Source: Candidatus Omnitrophota bacterium
GTDB lineage: Bacteria; Omnitrophota; Gorgyraeia; JABMRN01; RBG-13-46-9
DNA: 32,359 nucleotides
Reading direction: 5' to 3'
Assembly (NCBI GenBank): GCA_016782495.1
Contig: JADHYL010000001.1
Span: 1 to 32,359 of the forward strand
Part shown: one piece after another, positions 24,627 to 32,359 of the stretch
How positions within the stretch are numbered: the stretch's first letter is position 1
Layout of the letters: the number at the start of each line of letters is the position of its first letter
Position numbers and translations under genes: made by a program
Notes under the pieces: generated by a model
Database searches by the model: none
What the model was told of the DNA's origin: nothing
Seen by the model: the letters and a program-made list of their open reading frames with translations, nothing else

Positions 24627-25160
24627 TTATTTTATCTTTTCGCTACTGAGCCAATCCTCGATTTTGGATCTTTCAAATCTCCATTTCGACCCATCTTTGG
24701 TCGCTGGGAGCTTGCCGCTATCGGCCCATTCCCGCACGACGTTTCGTTCGACCTCAAGGAATTTAGCTACCTCTTCAATGTTTAATATGTCGGCAGCACC
24801 TCTTGCGGTTTTTTCCTCCGGCAGCATGTTGCAATAGCCTTCCAGGATAGCACCTTCTGTAATGCTTATTGCGGGTGTTTTCACGTCTCCGACTACATAC
24901 GCAGGTGCAACCAGTTTTAGGCTTTTCTGCGCCCTGATGTTGCCACTGACCCTGCCGGCGATAGTGATATATTCACCGTCTATATCGGCACTGACAACCG
25001 CGTGCTCGCTGATCGTGAGACTTCCCTTTGTGTTAAGTTTTCCCTCAAATTTGCCGTTGATTCTAAGGTTTACGGGATCCTTGAATGTAAGCGTGCCCTG
25101 CATGCTGGCATCGACATCCAGGATCTTTTCTTTCAGTTCTTCATCCCTTCTTCTCCTCAT
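24627..25160 (-). CDS. Bactofilin-domain protein fused to a C-terminal excisionase-type HTH
   Basis: Residues ~20-112 show the bactofilin beta-helix repeat pattern (GTLTFKDPVNLRINGKFEGKLNTKGSLTISEHAVVSADIDGEYITIAGRVSGNIRAQKSLKLVAPAYVVGDVKTPAISITEGAILEGYCNM). The C-terminal LNIEEVAKFLEVERNVVREWADSGKLPATKDGSKWRFERSKIEDWL is paralogous to the HTH of the next gene. Confidence 0.75.
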   Translation of the reverse strand: MRRRRDEELKEKILDVDASMQGTLTFKDPVNLRINGKFEGKLNTKGSLTISEHAVVSADIDGEYITIAGRVSGNIRAQKSLKLVAPAYVVGDVKTPAISITEGAILEGYCNMLPEEKTARGAADILNIEEVAKFLEVERNVVREWADSGKLPATKDGSKWRFERSKIEDWLSSEKIK

Positions 25161-25175
25161 TACCCCACCTCCTTT

Positions 25176-26135
25176 TTAATGGCTTTTCTGAAATAACATT
25201 TCGCCTAAACCCGCAACCATCGCGGCGTTATCCACGCACAATGCCGGCGGCGGGTAAAAAAGTCTGTATCCCAAACGCCCGGAAACCCGTTTAAGCTTGG
25301 TACGCAACCTCATGTTAGAAATAACCCCGCCTCCCAGCAAGATGTCTTTTATCCTGAATTTTTTGCACGCTTTTACAATTCGTTCGATCAAAACATCAAA
25401 CACAGCCTCCTGGAATGACCAGGAGATGCGGGATATCTCATGCTTCGAAAGTTTCCTGTCCTTAATGTAATAGAGAACCGCAGTTTTTACTCCGCTCAGG
25501 CTGAAGTCAAAAGAATCTTTCTCCAGATAAGCCCGCGGAAAACGGATTGGCGATCGCGCGATGAATCTGCGCGCATATTTTTCGATTTTCGGACCACCGG
25601 GATACCCGACCCCGATAATTTTAGCAACCTTATCGAACGCCTCACCAATTGCATCGTCTTTTGTTTTGCCGATGGTTTCAAACTCTTTAAAGGACCGAAA
25701 GACAAATATGTTCGTGTGACCCCCGGACGCCACCGCACCTATAAACGGGAACTGTATTGATGGGACTTTTTTGATTAAAAAATTTGAATACAAATGAGCA
25801 TGCAGGTGATTTATGCCTATTACCGGGATTCCCAATGAATAACCGAGCGCCTTCGCAAACGACGTGCCAACCAAAAGGGAACCCGGAAGACCTGGCGAGT
25901 CCGTAACCGCTATTAAATCCAGATCGCCAAAGGTTTTCCGCGCCTTTCTGAGAGTTCTCTTTGTCACCTGATTAATGTACTCGACATGGAATCTTGATGC
26001 GATCTCAGGAATGACCCCGCCATATTTTTCGTGAAGTGGCACGCTTGAGGACACAACGTTAGACAGGATACGACCATCCCGGATAACCGCAGCAGCTGTT
26101 TCGTCACATGATGTTTCTATTCCTAAAGTAATCAC
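25176..26135 (-). CDS. tsaD: tRNA N6-adenosine threonylcarbamoyltransferase
   Basis: MITLGIETSCDETAAAV, HLHAHLYS (HxxxH metal site), SGGHT, and the conserved GVSAN segment appears here as GGVISN. 319 aa. Confidence 0.93.
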   Translation of the reverse strand: MITLGIETSCDETAAAVIRDGRILSNVVSSSVPLHEKYGGVIPEIASRFHVEYINQVTKRTLRKARKTFGDLDLIAVTDSPGLPGSLLVGTSFAKALGYSLGIPVIGINHLHAHLYSNFLIKKVPSIQFPFIGAVASGGHTNIFVFRSFKEFETIGKTKDDAIGEAFDKVAKIIGVGYPGGPKIEKYARRFIARSPIRFPRAYLEKDSFDFSLSGVKTAVLYYIKDRKLSKHEISRISWSFQEAVFDVLIERIVKACKKFRIKDILLGGGVISNMRLRTKLKRVSGRLGYRLFYPPPALCVDNAAMVAGLGEMLFQKSH

Positions 26136-27340
26136 CTTAAGTATACCTCATTATGATATTTTTCGCAAGTGTCAGCATCTTTTAATAAGTCCATCGCGGC
26201 CTGTAGCTGATTATCGCGAATTACCTCTTCTTTCTCTTCCTCCAGTTCGATATCAACATCGGGAATAATACCCTTGCCTGCAATGCTGTTACCGTTTGGG
26301 GTATAGTACGCGGCCGTTGTTATCCTGGCCGCGGAGCCGTCTTTGAGCGGGATAACCGTTTGAACGGAACCCTTCCCGTACGTCTTGCCTCCGACGATAA
26401 CCCCTCTTTTGTGGTCCTGCAGGGCACCCGCTACGATCTCAGAAGCGCTTGCCGAACCTTGGTTAACAAGTATTGCCATCGGGAAATCGATAAAGCTTCT
26501 TTTCCCATGGGCAGTGTAGACTTTATTCTGGGTCGGCACACGCCCCTTTAAGGAAACGACGACTTTCCCCTTTTCGAGGAATATATCGCAGACCTCGTAT
26601 GCAACGTCCAACAACCCTCCAGGATTGTTGCGAAGATCCAGGATTAACGCTTTCATGCCTTCTTTCTTTAGGTTTTTAAGTTTTCCTTCGAGTTCTTTCG
26701 GGGTATTTTGCTGGAACTCTACCAGTTTTATATAGCCTACGCTCTCATCCAGCATCTCTGCCGTTTTTATACTTTTGATTTTTATGATACTTCGCACGAT
26801 CGTAAAATCTAGCAGTTTTTCTTCTTCTCTTATAATGGTAAGTTCTACTTTTGTCCCGGGCTTGCCACGCAATTCCTTGACCGCATCGGTAAGTTTTATG
26901 TCCCTTGTGGATTCGCCGTCTATCTTGATGATTTTATCGCCGGCTTTTAACCCTGCTTTCGCAGCAGGGGTTCCGTCGATAGGTGCTATAACTGTCAATA
27001 TACCGTCCCTTATGCCGACCTCTATCCCCAGGCCGCCGAACTCGCCTTTCGTATCGATTTCCATTTCCCTGTAGCTTTCCGGATCCATGAACTGGCTGTA
27101 TTCGTCCAGTGACGATAGCATGCCTTCGATAGCGCCGTACACAAGCTTTTTTGGGTCAACCTCTTCCACGTAATCGGATTGAACAATCGTCACGGCGTCT
27201 GAAAAGAGCTCGATTTGCTTGTAAAGATCCTTGTCCGGGTCTTTGAAATCCGCTTTGACGTAACTGAAATAAGCCGAAACGCCGAAGATTAGAAAAACCG
27301 AAAACAAAAATACAACGAATGCCGATCGCACTTTTTTCAT
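26132..27340 (-). CDS. ctpA: Carboxy-terminal processing protease (S41 family, PDZ-containing)
   Basis: N-terminal anchor, PDZ (GTPAAKAGLKAGDKIIKIDG), LILDLRNNPGGLL, and the catalytic-Ser context GSASASEIVAGALQD. Confidence 0.9.
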   Translation of the reverse strand: MKKVRSAFVVFLFSVFLIFGVSAYFSYVKADFKDPDKDLYKQIELFSDAVTIVQSDYVEEVDPKKLVYGAIEGMLSSLDEYSQFMDPESYREMEIDTKGEFGGLGIEVGIRDGILTVIAPIDGTPAAKAGLKAGDKIIKIDGESTRDIKLTDAVKELRGKPGTKVELTIIREEEKLLDFTIVRSIIKIKSIKTAEMLDESVGYIKLVEFQQNTPKELEGKLKNLKKEGMKALILDLRNNPGGLLDVAYEVCDIFLEKGKVVVSLKGRVPTQNKVYTAHGKRSFIDFPMAILVNQGSASASEIVAGALQDHKRGVIVGGKTYGKGSVQTVIPLKDGSAARITTAAYYTPNGNSIAGKGIIPDVDIELEEEKEEVIRDNQLQAAMDLLKDADTCEKYHNEVYLR

Positions 27341-28776
27341 ATTTGGCTTCCCAACTTTTTTCTGAGGATCTCGTTAACCTTTTGCGGGTTGGCCTTTCCC
27401 TTAGTTTTTTTCATCACTTGTCCAACCATGAAGGTAATGGCATTTTTCTTTCCTTTCTTGTAATCCTCGACCGATTTTTTGTTTTCCGTTAAAACCCCTT
27501 CGATGATACCCGAAAGCTCGCCGGCATCTTTTATCTGCTTTAATCCTTTCTTATCTACAATCGCTTCCGGCTGAGAACCCGTATCGAAAACCCCTTGCAG
27601 GACCTCCTTTGCTATCTTTCCCGTGATCTCTTCGGACTGAATAAGCCTGAGAATCGACGCAAGGTGAGCCGGCTTGAAAGGTGCCTTTTCGATCGGAATC
27701 TTTCTTTCGTTTAGGATTGCGGCAACATCACCCAAGAGCCAGTTTACGATTTCCTTCGGTTTATCAACAATTCGTATAGTCTCTTCAAAAAAATCGGATA
27801 CCGCCCGATCGCGCGTCAAGGCATTAGCATCGTATTCGCTGACCTTGTATTTCGATATGAAACGTTTCTTTTTGACCTGCGGCAGTTCCGGTAAGGCGCT
27901 CTTTATCTTTTCTATCTCGACTCTTTCTATAGTGAACGGCGCCAGATCCGGTTCCGGAAAATAGCGATAGTCATGCGTTTCCTCTTTTGTTCTCATCGGT
28001 GCTGTCATTGCCTTGGCCTCGTCCCAGAGACGAGTCTCTTGGGCAATCTTCTCACCTTTCTTTCTCAAATCGATTTGCCTTCTTCCCTCGTAAGAGAGGG
28101 CGTCTCTTACGGCTTTGAAAGAATTCATGTTTTTTAATTCCGCCTTAACGCCGAGAGCGTTCTCGCCTTTCGGCCTTACCGATATGTTGGCATCACACCT
28201 GAGACTTCCCTCTTCCATGTTGCAATCCGAGACCTTCAGATACAGCAATATGGATTTTATATTTTGAAGGTAGGTGCTAGTCTCCTCGGCTGAGCGCAAA
28301 TCAGGCTCACTCACGATCTCGAGAAGCGGAATGCCGGTCCTATTGAGATCTAGATAGCTTAGCCCCCGTTTTTCGTCGTGCATGAGTTTTCCAGCGTCCT
28401 CTTCGAGATGAACCCTGTTTATTCTGATTTTTTTCTCTCTCCCACTATGTTCGATATCGACATAGCCGTTATGGGCAAGCGGCATCTCATACTGCGATAT
28501 CTGAAAATTTTTCGGCAGATCAGGATAATAATAATTTTTCCTGTCAAATTTTATGACATCCTGGATCTGGCAATTTAGCGCCAGTGCCGTCTTTACCGCG
28601 TAAAGAAATGCCTTTTCGTTTAACACCGGCAAGACACCCGGAAGCCCGAGGCACACAGGGCATGTAGCGCTGTTTGGCGGCAGGCCGAATTTCGTGCTAC
28701 AGCCGCAGAAAGCCTTACTCTGCGTTAAAAGGTGAACGTGCACCTCAAGGCCGATTACTACTTCAAAGTTTTTCAT
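27337..28776 (-). CDS. gatB: Asp/Glu-tRNA(Asn/Gln) amidotransferase subunit B
   Basis: VIGLEVHVHLLTQSKAFCGC..., RCDANISV, and the C-terminal GatB_Yqey tail. Confidence 0.96.
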   Translation of the reverse strand: MKNFEVVIGLEVHVHLLTQSKAFCGCSTKFGLPPNSATCPVCLGLPGVLPVLNEKAFLYAVKTALALNCQIQDVIKFDRKNYYYPDLPKNFQISQYEMPLAHNGYVDIEHSGREKKIRINRVHLEEDAGKLMHDEKRGLSYLDLNRTGIPLLEIVSEPDLRSAEETSTYLQNIKSILLYLKVSDCNMEEGSLRCDANISVRPKGENALGVKAELKNMNSFKAVRDALSYEGRRQIDLRKKGEKIAQETRLWDEAKAMTAPMRTKEETHDYRYFPEPDLAPFTIERVEIEKIKSALPELPQVKKKRFISKYKVSEYDANALTRDRAVSDFFEETIRIVDKPKEIVNWLLGDVAAILNERKIPIEKAPFKPAHLASILRLIQSEEITGKIAKEVLQGVFDTGSQPEAIVDKKGLKQIKDAGELSGIIEGVLTENKKSVEDYKKGKKNAITFMVGQVMKKTKGKANPQKVNEILRKKLGSQI

Positions 28777-28779
28777 GGT

Positions 28780-30180
28780 TTAAAGATTCGGTTTCTTTTT
28801 GTGAAAATCCGTATTCTGTTCAAACGTATACGCTGTCCTTATCAGCGTTTCTTCGTCAAAGGGTTTCGCAAGGAACTGCATGCCTACAGGGAGGCCGCTT
28901 TTGGTAAAACCGCACGGTACGGATATGCCGGGGATGCCCGCCAGATTTGCGGGTATTGTAAATATATCTGATAGATACATACTCAAGGGATCGTTTATTT
29001 TTTCTCCTATCTTGAAAGCCGCAGTCGGTGAGGTTGCGGTCAATATCACGTCGCAAACCTTGAAGGCTTGCAAAAAGTCGTTCTTTATCAAGGTCCTTAC
29101 CTTCATCGCCTTTAAATAATACGCTTTGTAATAACCGCTGGATAACGAATATGTCCCGAGCAGTATTCTTCTTTTTGCCTCGTCGCCAAAACCCGCGGTG
29201 CGTGTTTTTGTATGCATTTCTATCGTGCCCTTTGCATCCTCCCGTAAGCCGTACTGGTCGCCGTCAAAACGGGCAAGATTGGAACTTGCCTCGGCGGGCG
29301 CGATTATATAATAACAACTCAGCGCATATTCGGTGTTGGGAAGACTTATATCAACGATCTCGGCACCGGAACTTTTTAACACGTCTTTCGATTTTGAAAT
29401 TGCTTTTTCTACTTCCTTGTCTATGCCGCCTTCCGGAAAATACTCTTTCGGAACGCCTATCTTTAGTTTTTTGGCATTCTTTACTAACGATTTCGTAAAA
29501 TCAGGAACGGGTAAATCGGCGGAAGTCGAATCCATCTCATCATGCCCGGAAATCACGTTAAGAAGCGCCGCACAGTCAGTGACATTCGCCGTAAGCGGTC
29601 CTATCTGGTCGAGGCTTGAGGCAAATGCTATCAGGCCGTAACGCGAAACCCTGCCGTACGTCGGTTTCATTCCCACTATACCACACAAGGCGGCCGGCTG
29701 CCTTACTGACCCGCCCGTATCAGAACCGAGCGCCATCGACACCTCCCCGGCAGCAACGGCAGCGGCTGACCCGCCGCTCGAACCGCCGGGAATCATCTCG
29801 AGATTCCAGGGGTTGCGGGTCGGGCCATAGCAAGATGTCTCACACGAAGAGCCAAACGCAAATTCGTCCATGTTGGCTTTGCCGACTGTAATAAAACCGG
29901 CATTTTTTAATTTTCTAATGACGGTAGCATCGTAAGGTGGTTTGAAACCCTTCAAAATTCTAGAGGCACAGGTAGTCGGCTCATCTTTTACGCAGATATT
30001 ATCTTTTATCGCGATTGGAATGCCGCGCGTTGCAATGCCTCCGACATTGCGACGCGTGCCTTCAGCCTCCTTTAACACTTTTTCCCTATCGAGGTATATT
30101 ATGGCGTTTAATTTTTTGTTGACGGCAGCTATCCGGTCTAATGAAGCCTTAGTTGTGTCTGGAATGGATATCTGTTTCAT
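28780..30180 (-). CDS. gatA: Glutamyl-tRNA(Gln) amidotransferase subunit A
   Basis: Amidase signature [15 protein letters not shown]...[13 protein letters not shown]. 466 aa. Confidence 0.96.
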   Translation of the reverse strand: MKQISIPDTTKASLDRIAAVNKKLNAIIYLDREKVLKEAEGTRRNVGGIATRGIPIAIKDNICVKDEPTTCASRILKGFKPPYDATVIRKLKNAGFITVGKANMDEFAFGSSCETSCYGPTRNPWNLEMIPGGSSGGSAAAVAAGEVSMALGSDTGGSVRQPAALCGIVGMKPTYGRVSRYGLIAFASSLDQIGPLTANVTDCAALLNVISGHDEMDSTSADLPVPDFTKSLVKNAKKLKIGVPKEYFPEGGIDKEVEKAISKSKDVLKSSGAEIVDISLPNTEYALSCYYIIAPAEASSNLARFDGDQYGLREDAKGTIEMHTKTRTAGFGDEAKRRILLGTYSLSSGYYKAYYLKAMKVRTLIKNDFLQAFKVCDVILTATSPTAAFKIGEKINDPLSMYLSDIFTIPANLAGIPGISVPCGFTKSGLPVGMQFLAKPFDEETLIRTAYTFEQNTDFHKKKPNL

Positions 30181-30181
30181 C

Positions 30182-30478
30182 TCATTCGATTATCTTTGGT
30201 ACGCTGAAAAAGTCATCCTTCCTCTCCGGCGCATTCTGAAGGGCCTTTTCTGCCGGAAGCGATTTTCTCACGCGGTCTTCTCGAAATACATTCTTGAGGC
30301 TTTCTAGCGGGTGGCTGGTCGGAGGAGTGCCTGTGGTATCGGCCTTGTTGAGCTGGTTTATATAATCCAAGATGTCCGCCAGCTGTTTCTGGTATAACGC
30401 AACTTCCTTTCCAGACAAGCTGATACGCGAAAGCCTGGCTACATGCCGAACGGTCTTTTTATCAATTCGTTGCTTCAT
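30182..30478 (-). CDS. gatC: Asp/Glu-tRNA amidotransferase subunit C
   Basis: 98 aa. [16 protein letters not shown]... [14 protein letters not shown]...REDR pattern, in gatC-gatA-gatB order. Confidence 0.9.
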   Translation of the reverse strand: MKQRIDKKTVRHVARLSRISLSGKEVALYQKQLADILDYINQLNKADTTGTPPTSHPLESLKNVFREDRVRKSLPAEKALQNAPERKDDFFSVPKIIE

Positions 30479-30512
30479 ATTAGCGTTAAATTATCATACA
30501 TAAATAGTAAAG

Positions 30513-31370
30513 TCAAACTATATTCTTTTGTTGATCGTGATCCAATCCGTGCACGATGTCCGTAAGGCGGGCGAAATCCTCAAGAGACAGGTTTTCGGCC
30601 CTGGCTAAAGGGTTTAGCCCTGCTTTTTTAAATAACGCCAAAAGCGCCTTTTTGTCAACACCTTTTGCCGAAAGGGAATTGCGGATGGTTTTACGCCTCT
30701 GGCTGTATGCTTTTTTTATAAGATTGAAGAATAGGTCCTCATCGCTGACTCGAAGTCTTCGCTTTTCAGGGACCTTTAACTCCAAAAATGCAGATTCCAC
30801 CTGCGGTGCAGGATAGAAGGATTCTCTTTTGATTTTAAATATGGTTTTCGGCTGACTGTAATATTGTACATATAAACTGAACCGCCCGATGTCCCTGGAG
30901 TCGGGCTTTGCTGCGATCCTCCCCGCCACTTCTTTTTGAACGACAATATAAATATTTTTTATCAAGGATACGTTCTCAAAAAGTTTTTCGATTATGGGAC
31001 TTGTTATGTAAAAGGGGAGGTTTCCGTAAATAATAACTTTTTGTTTGGCTATTTCTTTTATTTCCAAATCCAGAAAATCTTTTTCGATTAGAGCAACATT
31101 CGGAGGAAGCTGGAAGGTTTTTTTAAAGATCCGGGTAATTTTTTTATCTTTTTCGACGGCAAAAACCTTCCTGGCGTGTTTTGCGAGGTCAAAGGTAAGC
31201 TCACCGAAACCAGAACCGATTTCTACAACGATGTCGTCGGGGGTTATTGCCAAATTCCGCAGAATCTTATCTTTGACGTTCTTGTCAATCAGGAAGTTTT
31301 GTCCGAGCCTCACAAGGGGTTTAAAATCTTCCCGCTTCCATAGCGTTTTTAGTTCGTTTTTTGTCAACAC
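30513..31370 (-). CDS. rsmA: 16S rRNA (adenine1518/1519-N6)-dimethyltransferase
   Basis: LGQNFLID, VVEIGSGFGELT and GNLPFYITSPI motifs, downstream of pdxA as in the E. coli pdxA-ksgA arrangement. Confidence 0.93.
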   Translation of the reverse strand: MLTKNELKTLWKREDFKPLVRLGQNFLIDKNVKDKILRNLAITPDDIVVEIGSGFGELTFDLAKHARKVFAVEKDKKITRIFKKTFQLPPNVALIEKDFLDLEIKEIAKQKVIIYGNLPFYITSPIIEKLFENVSLIKNIYIVVQKEVAGRIAAKPDSRDIGRFSLYVQYYSQPKTIFKIKRESFYPAPQVESAFLELKVPEKRRLRVSDEDLFFNLIKKAYSQRRKTIRNSLSAKGVDKKALLALFKKAGLNPLARAENLSLEDFARLTDIVHGLDHDQQKNIV

Positions 31371-31373
31371 GGT

Positions 31374-32359
31374 TTATTTATTTTTTGAGAGTTTTGCCGC
31401 AAGTTTTATGGCTTCAATCATGGACGACGGGTTCGCTTGGCCTTTTCCCGCTATGTCGAATCCCGTGCCGTGGTCTGGCGAGGTGCGGATAAAAGGAAGC
31501 CCGAGGGTTAAATTTACACCTGTATCAAAGGCGGTCATTTTAAGCGGAATGAGACCCTGGTCGTGATACATGCACACGACCGCATCTACTTCGTTATGAT
31601 ACGCCTTATAAAAAAGCGAATCTGCCGGAAGGGGTCCGATTATACCTTTCATTCTTTTTTTCAAGAAATTTACCGCGGGAGATATCACCGTCTTTTCCTC
31701 CGTTCCTAAAAAGCCTTCTTCGCCGGCGTGCGGGTTAAGGGCGGCTATCCCGATTTTAGGTTGAGGTATCTTGAAAAGGCTTTTTAACGCGCGGTGGGTA
31801 TTTTCAGTAGTCTGGATAATTTTTCTTTTGGTCAAGTGTTTTGATACCTTATTTATAGGAATGTGCCTTGTCACAAGGCTGACCAGGAGAGCCCCTCCTC
31901 GAAGCATCATGGTTACGTTTTTGGATTTCGTGCGGTGAGAGAGAAATTCGGTATGCCCTGCGAATTTGAACCCGGCCTTATTTATCGACGCCTTATTTAT
32001 CGGCGCAGTAACAAGACCAGCACCATTGAGGCGGCTGGCGACTGATATGCCGGAGGCAAGATATTCCATTGAGGCCTTTCCGTATGCCTTGCTCGATGAG
32101 CCAAATCGGAAACCCTTTAAACGAATGTTTTTTAAATCTACGAAGTTAATCACGCCAGCGTCTTTTGTGCAATCAGCTGATACGCAAGGCCTGATTGGGG
32201 AAATGTCGATTTTTATAATTTTTGCGGTTCTTCGAAATACGCTGTAATCACCTATGATTAAAGGAATGATTTTTTTGGCGAGCTCTCGTAAGGAGAGCGA
32301 TTTTAGAATTATCTCCGGACCTATTCCCGAGGGGTCACCGGCCGTTATAACGACCGGGG
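31374..32359 (-). CDS. pdxA: 4-hydroxythreonine-4-phosphate dehydrogenase (5' end cut by the window edge)
   Basis: The frame stays open to the window end. The reverse complement of 32357.. reads PVVITAGDPSGIGPEIILKSL (PdxA N-terminal motif). Later motifs: GHTEFL, ALNPHAGE, MYHDQGLIP, TSPDHGT. The ORF-track start at 32153 is internal. Confidence 0.92.
   Translation of the reverse strand, partial: PVVITAGDPSGIGPEIILKSLSLRELAKKIIPLIIGDYSVFRRTAKIIKIDISPIRPCVSADCTKDAGVINFVDLKNIRLKGFRFGSSSKAYGKASMEYLASGISVASRLNGAGLVTAPINKASINKAGFKFAGHTEFLSHRTKSKNVTMMLRGGALLVSLVTRHIPINKVSKHLTKRKIIQTTENTHRALKSLFKIPQPKIGIAALNPHAGEEGFLGTEEKTVISPAVNFLKKRMKGIIGPLPADSLFYKAYHNEVDAVVCMYHDQGLIPLKMTAFDTGVNLTLGLPFIRTSPDHGTGFDIAGKGQANPSSMIEAIKLAAKLSKNK

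Noticed and set aside
17788-29056. Nested minus-strand alternative-frame ORFs (17788..17979, 18454..18675, 23924..24142, 25496..25738, 28856..29056).
   Set aside because: Each is wholly inside a conserved gene (prfA, rho, the PDZ protein, tsaD, gatA) in another frame, with R/S/T-rich products and no translation signals.
2314-31566. Numerous plus-strand ORFs of 60-220 aa (e.g. 3230..3769, 5142..5717, 6571..7068, 7823..8482, 20009..20437, 31045..31566).
   Set aside because: All lie antisense within well-supported minus-strand genes. Their products are low-complexity (S/F/P/R-rich), they lack SD sequences, and their boundaries do not respect intergenic gaps. These are typical shadow ORFs.
1-32359. 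CRISPR arrays, IS elements/transposases, integrases, rRNA genes and prophage genes.
   Set aside because: No direct-repeat/spacer periodicity, no terminal inverted repeats flanking a transposase-like ORF, and no recombinase or rRNA signatures were seen on either strand. The only mobile-type elements are the intron and the two LAGLIDADG-like genes.

Overview
This 32.4 kb window is bacterial, and every gene I can support lies on the minus strand. About 90% of it (2890-32359) is a tightly packed, often overlapping housekeeping block. In minus-strand transcription order it runs pdxA-rsmA, gatCAB, ctpA, tsaD, a four-gene bactofilin/HTH/PDZ/HAMP module, polA-coaE-rho-rpmE-prfA-prmC-murA, rpsP-trmD-rplS-rnhB, fhs, apbE, a tRNA(CAT), then tilS-ftsH-folP-cdaA-cdaR-pdxJ-acpS-nnrD. 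The unusual part is the low-coordinate end (1-2890). It holds the classical tRNA operon upstream of EF-Tu, in the same order as E. coli thrU-tyrU-glyT-thrT-tufB: tRNA-Thr(UGU), tRNA-Tyr(GUA), tRNA-Gly(UCC), tRNA-Thr(GGU), tuf. This operon has been heavily colonised. (1) The tRNA-Tyr gene is split after U35 by a 243-nt ORF-less group I intron with Azoarcus/Anabaena-like (IC3) core motifs. (2) Two paralogous free-standing ORFs (N-terminal HTH plus a single LAGLIDADG-like domain) sit directly upstream of tRNA-Tyr and tRNA-Thr(GGU). Neither has its own stop codon. One stops on a UAG made by a non-canonical A18 in the tRNA-Tyr D-loop. The other reads through the whole tRNA-Thr and stops inside codons 2-3 of tuf. 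(3) About 750 bp of unexplained, structure-rich sequence lies between tRNA-Tyr and tRNA-Gly. (4) An orphan tRNA 3'-half remnant and two stable hairpins follow tRNA-Gly. Several near-consensus sigma70-type promoters (TTGACA-N16/17-TATAnT) can be read directly. I found no rRNA, CRISPR array, transposase or integrase. Taxon cannot be assigned from the sequence alone. All calls come from reading the sequence and ORF track; no searches or folding programs were run.
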